Positions 19,322 to 29,419 of a DNA stretch of 64,000 nucleotides are shown here, piece by piece. Location: positions 3,103-67,102 of the IMG/VR virus record IMGVR_UViG_3300036761_001387; one strand, 5' to 3'. Made by a program: the position numbers and the translations under genes. Source of the stretch: a virus. Position 1 is the first letter of the stretch; the number at the start of each line of letters is the position of its first letter. Below the pieces are notes generated by a model. That model searched no databases, was not told the origin of the DNA, and saw only the letters and a list, made by a program, of their open reading frames with translations.

Positions 19322-20019
19322 CAGTTCGTCTTCCCGCGCCGCGGCCCCTTGGCCGAGGGCTGCAGCATCGCGAAGATCCGGCGGATGACGAACCACGCGT
19401 CCTTCGCCGAAGTCGAAATCCGGAGCCCGAGCGACAGTTCGTGCTCGTTCGAGCGCGTCTCGATGTCGTACCGCGGGACGGACTGGAGGCTCGGCATCTG
19501 GTGGCCCGAGTTCACGGCCACGGTCGTCCCGTCGGGTCGCACCCAGTAAATGCTCATCACGCCGGCGCCGCGCGCTCGCACGATGGCCGCCCCGAAGTCC
19601 GCAAATGCCACGTCGAGGCCGAACGGGGCCGTCTCGTACGTCGGAGTGATCGGGCCGTCGAAGTCGTACGTCTGGCCGGAGATCGGCGTGGCGAGGATCC
19701 CGGCGGCGTTGAGCTGCATGGGCCGCGCCGATGAGGTCGTGAGGCACCAGCCTCCGTCGTAGGAAGGATTCGTGGCCGAGCCGAGGCCCGTCTGCGCCTG
19801 CGTCCCGAAGACGAAGTAGTCGCCGGTCGTCCCTGACGTCATCCTGACGACGAGGTTCGGATAGGTCCCCGTGTTGGCGTGAGGGCCGAAGAAGATCGTG
19901 AACCGTTGCCAGTTCGCCGTGACGGTCACGACCTGAGTCTGGATGCCCGTCCCCAGATTCGAGGACGTGAAGGTGACTGTCCCCGTGCCCGTCGACTTCC
20001 GGATCCAGATGGCGGTCAT
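19321..20019 (-). CDS. C-terminal 229 aa of tail hub/nozzle fused to an MTA start from an early gene (junction at 20011/20012)
   Basis: From IWIRKSTG onward identical in frame and sequence to the 61638..>64000 protein over the visible overlap. Confidence 0.75.
   Translation of the reverse strand: MTAIWIRKSTGTGTVTFTSSNLGTGIQTQVVTVTANWQRFTIFFGPHANTGTYPNLVVRMTSGTTGDYFVFGTQAQTGLGSATNPSYDGGWCLTTSSARPMQLNAAGILATPISGQTYDFDGPITPTYETAPFGLDVAFADFGAAIVRARGAGVMSIYWVRPDGTTVAVNSGHQMPSLQSVPRYDIETRSNEHELSLGLRISTSAKDAWFVIRRIFAMLQPSAKGPRRGKTN
19895..20011 (-). repeat. Perfect inverted repeat, copy 1 (at least 117 bp)
   Basis: Exact reverse complement of 63884..64000. Confidence 0.97.
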
Positions 20020-20201
20020 TCTTTCTCCCTCTGTTCTTCTTCGCGGCACTCTATGAGGGTACGGACCTCTTCACGCAGTTCGAGTAGGAACTCATCATAT
20101 TCGGCGAGCGTCATCCGTACCGGGTCCGTTGCCTTCGCAATGGCGACGCGGACCTCTTGAATGGCGGTGGTTTCGGGAGGAGCCTTGCGGGCGCGGGTCA
20201 T
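20016..20201 (-). CDS. Small hypothetical protein
   Basis: ATGA coupling at both ends. Confidence 0.6.
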   Translation of the reverse strand: MTRARKAPPETTAIQEVRVAIAKATDPVRMTLAEYDEFLLELREEVRTLIECREEEQREKE

Positions 20202-20668
20202 TTCATTTCCCCGAGTCGATACCTCGCCACCATCTGATTCGAGCAGCCACCGAAGAGCCAGTACCAGTTCCGGCTTTCCCACCGCACCAGCGGCAGGACG
20301 TTGTCGTGGTTGCTCATCGAGATCCGGATGTGGCCGTTCCTCTGGCTGGTGCTGCCCCACGCGCAGCAGGAGCCCACCTTGAAATCGCAGAGCAGCCATT
20401 CGATGTCGGTAGGGTAGTCCGTCACGTCGGCCACGCCGGGGCAGGTTGCGAGCGCGTCGGCCCTCCCCTGCTGGGTCGCCTCGTAGACGAGGCTCGCCGG
20501 CGGGGGCTGCGTTCCCACCGGCGCGCAGTTGCCGCAGTCTTCGACGGGCGAGTTGCCCTCGGTGCAGCCGGTCAGGAGAAGCGCGAAAAGGAGAACCACC
20601 ACAACGAGCAGCACCGCAAGCGCGGGGCACAGCGAAGCGGCCGGGTCAAGGGAGCGTCTGTATTTCAT
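20198..20668 (-). CDS. Cys-rich lipoprotein
   Basis: GGAGG RBS; hydrophobic stretch ending in LLTGC lipobox. Confidence 0.65.
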   Translation of the reverse strand: MKYRRSLDPAASLCPALAVLLVVVVLLFALLLTGCTEGNSPVEDCGNCAPVGTQPPPASLVYEATQQGRADALATCPGVADVTDYPTDIEWLLCDFKVGSCCAWGSTSQRNGHIRISMSNHDNVLPLVRWESRNWYWLFGGCSNQMVARYRLGEMK

Positions 20669-20683
20669 CGGGCCACCTCCGTA

Positions 20684-20720
20684 GAAGAACGCCCGGCCCC
20701 CCGCGAACGAGAGGCCGGGC
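20684..20720 (-). terminator. Possible intrinsic terminator/attenuator
   Basis: GCCCGGCCUCUCG-UUCG-CGGGGGGCCGGGC followed by weak GUUCUUCU. Confidence 0.45.
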
Positions 20721-20728
20721 AGAATGCG

Positions 20729-22081
20729 TTACTGATTCGGGGCGAAAAGCGAGACGGCCGGGTTCGCGCAACTGAGCGTACACCACTTGCCGCCGTCCTT
20801 AACCTTGAAAGTCTTCGACCCGATGGCGATGGCCGTATTGCCGCCGCCGTCGTAGCTATCGAAGACCGCGATGACGTTGTTGTCGATCGTGACCGAGCAC
20901 CAGTTGTTCTGCGTGTTGAGTTCGCCCACGACGATATGCGGCGGCACGATGCAGGTGTGGCACTGCGGGCAGGCGCCGTCCGCGCCGTCCTTGCCGTCCT
21001 TGCCGTTCGCCCCCGGCTGACCCGGAGGTCCGACTGGCCCGGGTAAGCCTATGCCGGCCGGGCCCTGCGCTCCGGTATCACCCTTTACGCCTGCGACTCC
21101 TTGCGGTCCCTGAATTCCAGCAGCTCCGGGGTCTCCTTTGTCACCTTTCGGACCCGCTTCTCCTTGAGGTCCAGCGGGACCAAGTAAACCACGATCACCC
21201 GCGTCGCCTTTATCTCCCTTTGGACCTGCCACCCCAGTTGCGCCAGTAGCGCCCGGATCTCCTTTCGGACCTTGGGCGCCCGGGTCTCCAGATACACCTT
21301 GAATTCCTTGGACTCCTTTTTCACCTTGGTCTCCTTTCTGGCCTTGGCGGCCCTGCTCACCTTGCGGCCCGATCTCCCCGCGCGCTCCGGCCGGTCCGGC
21401 CACGCCCGGCGTGTCGTCGGGGATGTAGTAGCCGAGGAGATCGACGAAGAGGTCGGTGTTCGCCGCGGCGTTGACGAGCGTGATCGAGTGCGCCTCGTCG
21501 AGCGCCACGTCGCCGGCCTGAACGTCGCCGAAGACCGTCTCGACCGGCGGAAGGTCGACGTGCCCGCCGTACTCGAGGAACAGCGGCAGGAAGCTGAAGT
21601 CTGCCGGGTAGAACACGGGGACGTACGCCGTCAGGAACGACAGCGCGCCCTTCGCGATGCCGTCGTTGATCGACCAGACCTGAACCTTGACGGCGATGGC
21701 GGCGTCGGGCACGGCCCAGCCGCAGGGGTTGGACTTCCCCTCGGGCAGGTGCGCCCGCACGTCGTAGGTCCGCGTCTCGCCCGCCTTCACGTCGTACGGC
21801 AGGCCGGTGATGGACCCGTACGGTGCGTCGAGGACGAACAGCGGGTACGTCGAGACGAGCCGGCAGGGTGTGATCTCGCGGAAGAGGACGCGATCGGCCG
21901 GGGCCGGTAGGCCGGTCTGGGACCGGACGAGGTGAGCCGCCGTCGTCAGGACGTCGGCGGTGTCTCCGACCACGGCCGGGGAGACGGGGATCGCGGGGTA
22001 GGTCGGGCTCGGCCCGATGTAGGTCTGCGCCGCCAGCGGAAGCGCCAGCGCGAGCAGGGCGAGGACGAAGAGTTTTTTCAT
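20729..22081 (-). CDS. Secreted collagen-like protein with a TPCRL...DLLGYY beta domain
   Basis: Signal peptide [19 protein letters not shown]; long (GXY)n tract. Confidence 0.85.
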   Translation of the reverse strand: MKKLFVLALLALALPLAAQTYIGPSPTYPAIPVSPAVVGDTADVLTTAAHLVRSQTGLPAPADRVLFREITPCRLVSTYPLFVLDAPYGSITGLPYDVKAGETRTYDVRAHLPEGKSNPCGWAVPDAAIAVKVQVWSINDGIAKGALSFLTAYVPVFYPADFSFLPLFLEYGGHVDLPPVETVFGDVQAGDVALDEAHSITLVNAAANTDLFVDLLGYYIPDDTPGVAGPAGARGEIGPQGEQGRQGQKGDQGEKGVQGIQGVSGDPGAQGPKGDPGATGATGVAGPKGDKGDAGDRGLLGPAGPQGEAGPKGDKGDPGAAGIQGPQGVAGVKGDTGAQGPAGIGLPGPVGPPGQPGANGKDGKDGADGACPQCHTCIVPPHIVVGELNTQNNWCSVTIDNNVIAVFDSYDGGGNTAIAIGSKTFKVKDGGKWCTLSCANPAVSLFAPNQ

Positions 22082-22106
22082 AGGAACCTGCTTTCTTGTT
22101 GGTTGG

Positions 22107-22703
22107 TTATGTTTGATCGATTCCACGCATCCAGTTCTGGAGGCGTTCCAACTCGCCGGGGTCCACTTCCTCGCCGGCGTGAACGACTTCACCAAGTTCC
22201 TTCACCCAGTCCGGAGCGCTGGGCTCACTCCACGAGCGGACGTAGACGCGCTCGGGCGTGGGTGCCCGCATCCGGTAGAGCGCGGGATCCTCCTGCGGCT
22301 CGTCCGCCGGCAGATCGACGCCCTCCATCCACGCCCGGAGGTTCCGCGCCAGTTCGGGCCGCACCCGCTCGCCGCTCTCCGCCATGTCTGCCGCTGCCTG
22401 CACCCAGCCCGGGGCTCCGGGGTCGAAGGGGTCGCGGAGCACCAGCGGTTCCTCTCGGATGCCCAGCCTCCCCGCCTCGATCGCCGGCACCTCATCGAGA
22501 GGCAGCTCGATCTGCCTCGGGTTCTTCGCCCTGCGCTTGACCGCCTCCCAGTTCGTGGGCACCGCCCCGTTGATCTCGACGAACCAGCGCCCGCCCATCT
22601 TCACGCCCGGGAAGATGCCCAGCGCCACCCAGCGCCGGAGCGTGGACATCGGCACGTCGTAGCCGATCTGGTCTTTCGTCACCTTGGAAAGCGGAATCAT
22701 CAT
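22107..22703 (-). CDS. Excisionase-like HTH protein with duplicated C-terminal module
   Basis: [26 protein letters not shown]; TGATG coupling. Confidence 0.7.
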   Translation of the reverse strand: MMIPLSKVTKDQIGYDVPMSTLRRWVALGIFPGVKMGGRWFVEINGAVPTNWEAVKRRAKNPRQIELPLDEVPAIEAGRLGIREEPLVLRDPFDPGAPGWVQAAADMAESGERVRPELARNLRAWMEGVDLPADEPQEDPALYRMRAPTPERVYVRSWSEPSAPDWVKELGEVVHAGEEVDPGELERLQNWMRGIDQT

Positions 22704-23113
22704 CAGGCACCCGGCACTCTCTGGCGAAGGTAGGCCTCGACCCACTCGACGGCCTTCTGACTCTTCACCTGTTTCGAAGTGAACCTCATCACGGCCCACC
22801 CTCTGATCACTGCGTTCGCGTCCTTCTCTCGATCGTTCTCGATGCCACCGCCCCGGGCGTGCGCGCCTCGGGAGTACGTCCCGCCGTCGATGTCCACGAG
22901 GAGCCCGTAGTCCGGCCAGCCGTAGTCATAACGCCACTTCCGGCTCGGCATGAACGGGTACTGCGGGATCGGCTTGGCCTGTTCCTGCATCGCCCGCCAC
23001 GGGTAAAGTCGGGCGAGTAGCCGCTGCGCGATCTGGCCTGCGAACTCGTTCTCGAGCGCGGCGTTCCGGGCGGCGAGCAGGGCGAGGGCGGCGGGAGAGC
23101 GCTTCGGCTTCAC
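22703..23113 (-). CDS. Vsr/DUF559-like PD-(D/E)XK endonuclease
   Basis: RKWRYDYGWP...VDIDGG...H...DREK...GWAVMRFT. Confidence 0.8.
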   Translation of the reverse strand: MKPKRSPAALALLAARNAALENEFAGQIAQRLLARLYPWRAMQEQAKPIPQYPFMPSRKWRYDYGWPDYGLLVDIDGGTYSRGAHARGGGIENDREKDANAVIRGWAVMRFTSKQVKSQKAVEWVEAYLRQRVPGA

Positions 23114-23285
23114 GGCAGATACCACCGCAGCTTGAAATCCGGGTCGAGCCACGGCCCGTCTGGCACGCGGGACGTCGGCTGCTTCACGGCGACGCGGGCG
23201 CAGAGCGTGCAGAGCCAGCGCAGGCAGCAGTCCTTCGCCGGGCACTTGTCGCAGCGGCAGCGCCACTGGTGACGACGACCGTGCT

Positions 23286-23510
23286 TCATGCGGGATCCCT
23301 CTTCCCGCACGTCGGGCAGGCCGGCAGTTCTACCGTCGTCCACTCATGGTCGTTCGAGCAGCGGAAGAACCGCGTTTCCCTGTTTGGATTGTGGTCGTGG
23401 TACTTGCCGTCCTCGTCGTAATAGGGCATCCAGCTCAGGAGCGTCCGGGTCAGCCCATTGACGAAGACCTTGCTGACCCTCCCTTCCTTGACGCACCCGG
23501 GGCACTTCAT
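23286..23510 (-). CDS. Zinc-ribbon protein
   Basis: CPGC, CSNDH, CPTC; ATGA coupling. Confidence 0.7.
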   Translation of the reverse strand: MKCPGCVKEGRVSKVFVNGLTRTLLSWMPYYDEDGKYHDHNPNRETRFFRCSNDHEWTTVELPACPTCGKRDPA

Positions 23511-24353
23511 GGCTTCTCCGTCTTGAGGGCTCTCTGCGGCGCTTCATTCTTCAGCGCTCGGATGCGGGCGGCGATGTCTTCTCGAATCTCTTGAAACGCG
23601 CCGAAGATCCGGAATGCTCCGGCGGCCACCGCGGCTCTCGCCGCCTCCTCCAGAGCGGCGTTGCGGATGCGCTCTGTACAGGTACGGCAGACAATACAGC
23701 GGTGGGCCTCGCTTAAATCCGGCATCAGATCAGATATGCGTTTGTAAGCCTCCGCCAGCTTCGCCGCAAGATCCTTGATCTTGCACCACGGGCACGGGGT
23801 CTCTGTCCAGTTCGTTGCCGTCAGCCTCCCGTGGCCCACGGAGCATTCGACAAAGCGGATCTTGCAGTGCTCCATGCCATCGGGAAGCTGCTTCTCCAGC
23901 TCCGCGATTCGGGCCTGTGCTTCCCGCATCTGCCCGTCGTGCTGATCCCGTTCTTGAAGCCAACCCGAGGCCGTGGCCGGGGGCGTGGCCTTCTCAAGCT
24001 TCGCCTCCAGCTCCCGCATCATGTCCCTCTGGAGCCGGATCACGTTCTTGTGGTCGGCACAGACTCCGGCGTTGAACTGAGCCTCACGTTCGAGATCCGC
24101 TATGCGGGCGTCCTTGGCGGCGAGTCGATGTCGTAGGTTGTCATTGCACGCCTCACAGCCAAATCCGGGGCATGGCCCAAGGTGCCAGTCCTTCGGCGAG
24201 CCATCAAATAGTGGGCTGTGACGCTCCTCCTCCACCACCGGCTTGCCGGCATCCTGCCACGCGACCAGCGTCTTGAAGCGCGGCTCATGCGCGTCCCGAT
24301 CCAGAAACGAGCAGATGAAGTCGTTGAAAAGGGGGTGTACCGTATTGCTCATG
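23507..24353 (-). CDS. Mosaic coiled-coil/Cys protein (start approximate)
   Basis: GGAGG RBS before MSNTVHP; KDARIADLE / AQARIAELE modules. Confidence 0.6.
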
Positions 24354-24500
24354 CCTCCTCCGCGTGCTTGGCGCAGTAGAACGGGCCGACGAGCCCCGGC
24401 CACGCCGGGCCGTACATCGGGCGCTTGCACTTCCGGCAGCGGTACTTCTTCGTGGCGCCCTTCGTGGCGTCGCGAACCTTCCGCTTGTAGTCGGCCTTCT

Positions 24501-25226
24501 TCACGCCCGCCCCCTGACCCCGGTCTCCGCGAAGATACGGACGCCCGGCAGGTTCACGTTGCCCTTCGTCGACCGGGCGAAGGAGTTCAGCGTCGAGTCG
24601 TTCGCGATCAGGAGGTGACCGTACGCATCGTAGTTGGCGGCGACAGCGAGCACGAGCGCCCGGAGGTCGGTGACCTCGGCCTTCCACGTCGTCGAGAACG
24701 AAACGCCCTCGACCACGGGCGCCGCGGCAACCGGAGCGGGCATCGGCACGATCGTCGGCGCAGCCAGCACGGCTTCCGCCGCCTTCTTCTGGCCGGCGGC
24801 CTCAAGCCGGGCGGCCTCCTCGAGCTGCCGATCCTCGGCCTGCTTCCGAAGCACCGCCTCGGCCTCGGCGCGTGCCTTCGCCGCAGCCGCGTCGGCCTCC
24901 GCCTTGTAGAGGCCCATCGCGCGCTTCAGGTAGATCTCGTCCATATTGATCGGGCCGAGCTTCTCTTTCTCGGCCAACGTCAGCCGCTTGTGCGCCTCGT
25001 GCGCGGCAGCTTTCAGGGGCGCGAAGAAGTCCACGATCAGCTTCTTCATGCGGAGCCGGTTCTTCAGCGCTTCCCCGGCCGACGCGTAGTCGGTGTCGTT
25101 GTAGACCCGGAAGGTCTGCGGGAGCGGCGAGTAAAGCTCGAGCGCTTCCTGCAGTTCCTCGGGCGGGCTCGGGTAAGAGAGGGGCGGTTCGTCGGGGAGG
25201 ACGATGTCGAGTTCGCTCATGATCAA
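24501..25226 (-). CDS. Recombination-module coiled-coil protein
   Basis: Follows the exonuclease; VEGVSFSTTWKAEVTD...LPGVRIF C-terminus. Confidence 0.6.
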   Translation of the reverse strand: MIMSELDIVLPDEPPLSYPSPPEELQEALELYSPLPQTFRVYNDTDYASAGEALKNRLRMKKLIVDFFAPLKAAAHEAHKRLTLAEKEKLGPINMDEIYLKRAMGLYKAEADAAAAKARAEAEAVLRKQAEDRQLEEAARLEAAGQKKAAEAVLAAPTIVPMPAPVAAAPVVEGVSFSTTWKAEVTDLRALVLAVAANYDAYGHLLIANDSTLNSFARSTKGNVNLPGVRIFAETGVRGRA

Positions 25227-25807
25227 TCTCCGTAGGCAATGCGGGCCTGCTGGATGGCGCAGCCTGCGATGAAGAGGGAGAGCGCGGAGCTTCGCATCTG
25301 GCAGATGTCGTAGACGTAGCCGCCGTTCTCGTTGAGATAGACCGTGGCAACTTGCTCCGCTTCGTTCTCGGTGAGCCAGTGCTGCCGGAGGTAGTCGTAG
25401 GCCGCGACCTGAACGTCGTACCGCCAGTGCCGGGCCCCGGTCTTGATGTCGAGCAGGATGCTCTTCCCGCCAACGTGGCCGAAGCGATCGTAGGTCCCGG
25501 CCACGCCAAGGACCGGGTCGCAGACCTTCACCTCGATCTCCCCGAGCTTGGGGCTGAATCCCGTCTCCTGCCGGAAGCGTTCCCAGCCGACGAGGTAGCC
25601 CATGATGGCGGGGTCCACCGTCTCGCGATCGAGGGTGCGCTTGTCGAAGAACTCGGTCGCCATGTGGACTGCCGTGCCCCTGAGCATGGCGATCGGATCG
25701 GAGAAGTTGAAGGGAGAGATCACGTTCAGCACGGACGACACGCCCATCAGCTCGCGCCCGTCGAGCCAGTACCGGTGATCCGGATCGCGGATCAGGTTCC
25801 TGTTCAC
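25223..25807 (-). CDS. PD-(D/E)XK exonuclease (Cas4/AddB-like)
   Basis: HRY...GVSSVL...RGTAVH...VAGTYDR...LLDIKTG...QVAAY. Confidence 0.85.
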   Translation of the reverse strand: MNRNLIRDPDHRYWLDGRELMGVSSVLNVISPFNFSDPIAMLRGTAVHMATEFFDKRTLDRETVDPAIMGYLVGWERFRQETGFSPKLGEIEVKVCDPVLGVAGTYDRFGHVGGKSILLDIKTGARHWRYDVQVAAYDYLRQHWLTENEAEQVATVYLNENGGYVYDICQMRSSALSLFIAGCAIQQARIAYGD

Positions 25808-26706
25808 GGGGCCTCGATGCTCGTGATGTGGCGCTGACCCGTCGACCGCGTCTCGATCGTCAGCTTGACCAGCTTCTTCTCGGCGATGGCTTCCTGTGCC
25901 TTGGCGAAGACGGTCTTGGAGAACGTCTCTTCCTTGCAGGGCTTCCCGTCCTTGTCGGCCCATTCGAGGTCGTAGGCCTGATACTTCGAGCCGTCCTTCC
26001 GTTCGCCGTTCCGGCCGGGCTTCGCCGCCACGAGGTGGACGATATCCGGCGGGAGCTGGGGCCCCTGCGTCTCGGGCTCGGCCGGGGGCACCGTGGGCTC
26101 GGGCGCAGCGGACAGCTCACGAGGCATGGCCGGCGCCACGCGCTCGGCCGTCGCGTTGAACTCTGCGTAGTCGGCGACCTCCTCGGCCATCGCGATCCCG
26201 CGAAGCGCATCCGCGAAGGTGTCGCGGGCGCAGAAGCTGCGGGCCCGGAGCTGGAGCATCCGCTTCGGGTAGTTCGTCCACGGGCCTTCCTTGCCCCAGA
26301 GCTTCGCCTTCTCGGCGTCGGCCTTCGAGAACGAGGAGAGGTGGGGCTCGGGGTCGCCCTTCCGCTTCATCACGCACGTTGCGGTCATCGTCTTCTCGTC
26401 GAAGAGTTCCTGATGGGACTCGTAGCTCGGCGAGCGCTGGACAAGGGCGAGGAGGAGATCGCCGTAGACGGCGGGCCTGCCGTTCACGACGGCGATGTTC
26501 TGGATCGCCTGCATCGGGGCGACGCCCAGCTCGGCTCCCATCTGCATCGCGACGAGGCAGTTGCCGGGCTTCCCCTTGTAGTCCTTGGGGACGAGGTCGG
26601 ATTCGGCCAGCAGCTTCGCGAAGGTCATCGCCTCCGAGAGGTTCTGCGGCGTGAAGGTCTGGATCGCGGCAACATCGCCACGCTTGGCGAGAGTCTTGTC
26701 GTTCAT
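25804..26706 (-). CDS. recT: RecT-like single-strand annealing protein
   Basis: SDLVPKDYKGKP...GAELG..PMQAIQNIAVVNGRP...WTNYPKRMLQLRA. Confidence 0.85.
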   Translation of the reverse strand: MNDKTLAKRGDVAAIQTFTPQNLSEAMTFAKLLAESDLVPKDYKGKPGNCLVAMQMGAELGVAPMQAIQNIAVVNGRPAVYGDLLLALVQRSPSYESHQELFDEKTMTATCVMKRKGDPEPHLSSFSKADAEKAKLWGKEGPWTNYPKRMLQLRARSFCARDTFADALRGIAMAEEVADYAEFNATAERVAPAMPRELSAAPEPTVPPAEPETQGPQLPPDIVHLVAAKPGRNGERKDGSKYQAYDLEWADKDGKPCKEETFSKTVFAKAQEAIAEKKLVKLTIETRSTGQRHITSIEAP

Positions 26707-26902
26707 GGGACATCCTTTCTCAGGCAGTTGATGGTGTGAGTGGTGATGACGGCCCAGCCGTCGGCTGGATCCTGCCGACGCACGATCTTCCGTGGGCAGT
26801 CGCAGGCTTCCTCTCCCTCCGCGCCGCGCAGCAGGAACCAGACGAAGACGGAGGCCGCCGCAGCAAGCATGAGGACGACGATGATCGCGCCCGGCAACGT
26901 GC

Positions 26903-27262
26903 TTACGATTTCCCGGAGCGACGGCGGCATGGCTGCGCCTCCTTCGGAAGCTTCAGGCGGGGCAAGACTTCCCAGTCGGGCTCCATCCTGACGACGCGCA
27001 TTTCGCCGGTCACGCGGTTGCGAATGACGGCCATCATCGCGTCGAGTTGCGGGGGCTTGGCGAAGGCCGCTGCCGCCCGCTCTTCCGGGATCGCATTCTT
27101 TTCGGGCAGGGAAGCGGGGCTCCCGGCCGCCCCGCCCGTGTCCGATTCGCACGAAGTGTGTTCCGCTGCCGGGCGCGGGCAGGTCCGCTCTTTCTCTACT
27201 TCTTCATCATCACCTCCATAGAAACCGGCGCTGCCCAGCAGCGAGTCCCAGATGTCCGACAT
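26903..27262 (-). CDS. Hypothetical protein
   Basis: TGATG coupling to the RHH gene. Confidence 0.5.
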   Translation of the reverse strand: MSDIWDSLLGSAGFYGGDDEEVEKERTCPRPAAEHTSCESDTGGAAGSPASLPEKNAIPEERAAAAFAKPPQLDAMMAVIRNRVTGEMRVVRMEPDWEVLPRLKLPKEAQPCRRRSGKS

Positions 27263-27450
27263 CAGAAAGCCTTCGCGCGGACCTTCTTGAGTTTCTCGAC
27301 GATCGCGCCCCGGACCCATGCCGAGGCGCTGGTCGAATTCTTCTTCGCTTCGGTCTTGATAGTCGTCCAAAGCTCGCCGGGGATCCTGATCGGACGGACC
27401 GGGGTTCTGTTCGAGGAATCCCGTGGGCCTTTTCCCAGTAGGTTCTGCAT
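27262..27450 (-). CDS. Ribbon-helix-helix (Arc/CopG-like) regulator, probably leaderless
   Basis: TPVRPIRIPGELWTTIKTEAKKNSTSASAWVRGAI; ATG lies 7 nt after the -10 box. Confidence 0.8.
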   Translation of the reverse strand: MQNLLGKGPRDSSNRTPVRPIRIPGELWTTIKTEAKKNSTSASAWVRGAIVEKLKKVRAKAF

Positions 27451-27457
27451 GGGCGGA

Positions 27458-27486
27458 AAGGTACGCCTCCCGAAAGTCAAAGTCAA
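27458..27486 (-). promoter_or_regulatory. sigma70-type promoter TTGACT-N17-TACCTT
   Basis: Read directly; back-to-back with a + strand extended -10 candidate (TGGTATGCT, about 27488-27496). Confidence 0.7.
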
Positions 27487-27516
27487 ATGGTATGCTGGGT
27501 CCCAAGGAGGCCGCCT

Positions 27517-27864
27517 ATGGTTCTACTCGTGAAGCTGCCCGGAGGGGTCGCGATCTGCTTCGCCGCGTGGAAGAAGGCAGAGCGCTACCTGCCCGAGATC
27601 CTGAACAACGCGATCATGGTCAGGATCGAGGAAGACGGCTGCGTGATGCCGATCAACCCCGACCCGAACCAGAGCCGACTCACGGCCCTCGCGGACATCC
27701 GGTTCATCGGCAACTACGCCCCCCAGATGCGCCGGATGGACGAGCTGGGCGACCGGCTGAACGCGCAGCGGCGGGAGCGGGAGGCGTCAGCCGCGGCCTC
27801 GGCGCTCCGACGGATGGGCGTCCCGATAGCGGCGCCGCCGGAGGACGAGGAGCCCAGCGCATGA
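27517..27864 (+). CDS. Hypothetical protein, first gene of the divergent operon
   Basis: AAGGAGG RBS. Confidence 0.7.
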   Translation: MVLLVKLPGGVAICFAAWKKAERYLPEILNNAIMVRIEEDGCVMPINPDPNQSRLTALADIRFIGNYAPQMRRMDELGDRLNAQRREREASAAASALRRMGVPIAAPPEDEEPSA

Positions 27865-28067
27865 AGGCATTGAAGGGTCGCTGCCCGATCATCGAAGACG
27901 GGAAGCCCTGCGGGAAAGAGGTCGTCGTCTTCATCATCAGTCACAAGCACCACCACGACCCGAAGAAGGAATCGTGCGCCTCGCACCGGCAGCTCCGGCG
28001 CACATCGGAGGAACGGAAGCGCGCCGCCGAAAAGGGGCAGGAAACACGGAGGTCGAAGAAGAGATGA
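27861..28067 (+). CDS. Small basic Cys/His protein
   Basis: ATGA coupling with GGAG RBS. Confidence 0.55.
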   Translation: MKALKGRCPIIEDGKPCGKEVVVFIISHKHHHDPKKESCASHRQLRRTSEERKRAAEKGQETRRSKKR

Positions 28068-28552
28068 GCGCAGAACCAGAACGCCACTACCACGTCGCGA
28101 CCAAGCCGCCCGACTGCCCGCACCATTCGTACGCGGCCAGAGAGTTCTGTGACGGCACAAGTCTCGGACGTGGCGTCGGTGCGACGTACACCACCGTTTG
28201 GCACACGGGCCCGCGCGAGGCCTGTACGATGCCGGATGCGCTGGACGAAGCGCCCGCTCGCCCGTGCTTCCGGCTCTGCTGCGAGAAGGTCGGGCACGAC
28301 TTCGTCCGGGGCCGCTGCACGGTCTGTCTGATGACGCCCGAAGGGCTCGAGGAAGAGCGGCTGGAGCGCGAGAGGGAGCAACACGAGGAGGATAGGCGCC
28401 ACTCGGTGTGGGAACAGTATGGCCGGGCTGACCTGCTCGAAGAGGTCGCCAACCTCTTCGACGCCCACCTCGTCGCGCGCCCGCCGAAAGCCCTTCTCGA
28501 AGCGCTACGCGACATGGTCTGGGACGCGGGCGATGAGTGGGGAGAACGCTGA
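28064..28552 (+). CDS. Cys/His-rich hypothetical protein
   Basis: ATGA coupling. Confidence 0.6.
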   Translation: MSAEPERHYHVATKPPDCPHHSYAAREFCDGTSLGRGVGATYTTVWHTGPREACTMPDALDEAPARPCFRLCCEKVGHDFVRGRCTVCLMTPEGLEEERLEREREQHEEDRRHSVWEQYGRADLLEEVANLFDAHLVARPPKALLEALRDMVWDAGDEWGER

Positions 28553-28797
28553 TGGCACCACTTCGCGAGGATCTGAATCCGAAGTACGGCGACACGGAGA
28601 ATTTCAGGCAGTTCTGCGAACGCACGTTCGAGCTGACCTTCGCCCGATACAACGCCGACTGGGACGCGTTGCAAAAGCGCGTCGAGCAGGCCGAGAAGCG
28701 CGTCGAGGAAGCTGCGTTGAGGGCGGAGCTTGCGGCACGGACGGCTGACGCCGTGCTTGCCACGCTGCGAGCGCTCGGGGAACGGGGGCCGAAGTGA
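28552..28797 (+). CDS. Coiled-coil hypothetical protein
   Basis: TGATG coupling. Confidence 0.6.
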   Translation: MAPLREDLNPKYGDTENFRQFCERTFELTFARYNADWDALQKRVEQAEKRVEEAALRAELAARTADAVLATLRALGERGPK

Positions 28798-29033
28798 ACG
28801 GTCCCCTCCAGTCACTGTCACACTCGGGGTACGCGATGCTCTCGTTCCGCGTGAATCCACCCGCTTCCGCCGAGTTCATCGCGCTCGTCCTCAACAGGGC
28901 TGGCTTCACGGCCGCGTTCCACGAGAGGCCCGACGCGAGCGAGACCGACCCGAATGTTGTGATGATCCTGCGGAAGGATCAGGTCGTCGGGGTCGAGCCC
29001 GATCTCTGGAAAAGGATGATGGGGGAAGCATGA
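28794..29033 (+). CDS. Hypothetical protein
   Basis: GTGA coupling. Confidence 0.6.
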   Translation: MNGPLQSLSHSGYAMLSFRVNPPASAEFIALVLNRAGFTAAFHERPDASETDPNVVMILRKDQVVGVEPDLWKRMMGEA

Positions 29034-29380
29034 ACACGCCGATCAGGGACAAGCACGACGAGGTCGTCGGCCGCGAGAAGTACGCCCGGTGGAAGCAGGT
29101 CAGCGGAGCCAAGCCGCAGTGGCTCCAGAACGCGATCACGAACAACGGCGCGCGGCTCGAAGGCTGGGAGATCAGCTTCTTCGAGGCCTACCTGAAGGAC
29201 GCCGGGGACAGGCAGCCGGCGACGCCGCCGCTCCCCCTGCCGGTCGACGAGCCAGTGGACGGCGGCGAGGTGGGCGTGCCGGTTCAGGGCGAGCTGCCGG
29301 TCGCACCGACCGACGGCCAGCCTCCCATCCCGCCCCTGCCGGTGGTGGACGCCAGCGACTGCGTCCTGCCGGACGAGTAG
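29030..29380 (+). CDS. Hypothetical protein with Pro-rich tail
   Basis: ATGA coupling. Confidence 0.6.
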   Translation: MNTPIRDKHDEVVGREKYARWKQVSGAKPQWLQNAITNNGARLEGWEISFFEAYLKDAGDRQPATPPLPLPVDEPVDGGEVGVPVQGELPVAPTDGQPPIPPLPVVDASDCVLPDE

Positions 29381-29419
29381 AAACAGAAAAGCCCCCGGAA
29401 GCGTGAGCCTCCGGGGGCT
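29381..29419 (-). terminator. Intrinsic terminator ending the early operon
   Basis: Minus strand AGCCCCCGGA...UCCGGGGGCU then UUUCUGUUU; lies between convergent operons. Confidence 0.8.

Noticed and set aside
19895-20011. Repeat pair as a DGR template/variable region or shufflon site
   Set aside because: No mismatches at all (no adenine-specific variation), and no reverse transcriptase or invertase in the window.
25223-25807. Cas4-like gene as part of a CRISPR system
   Set aside because: No repeat-spacer array or other cas genes; it sits next to recT as a recombination exonuclease.
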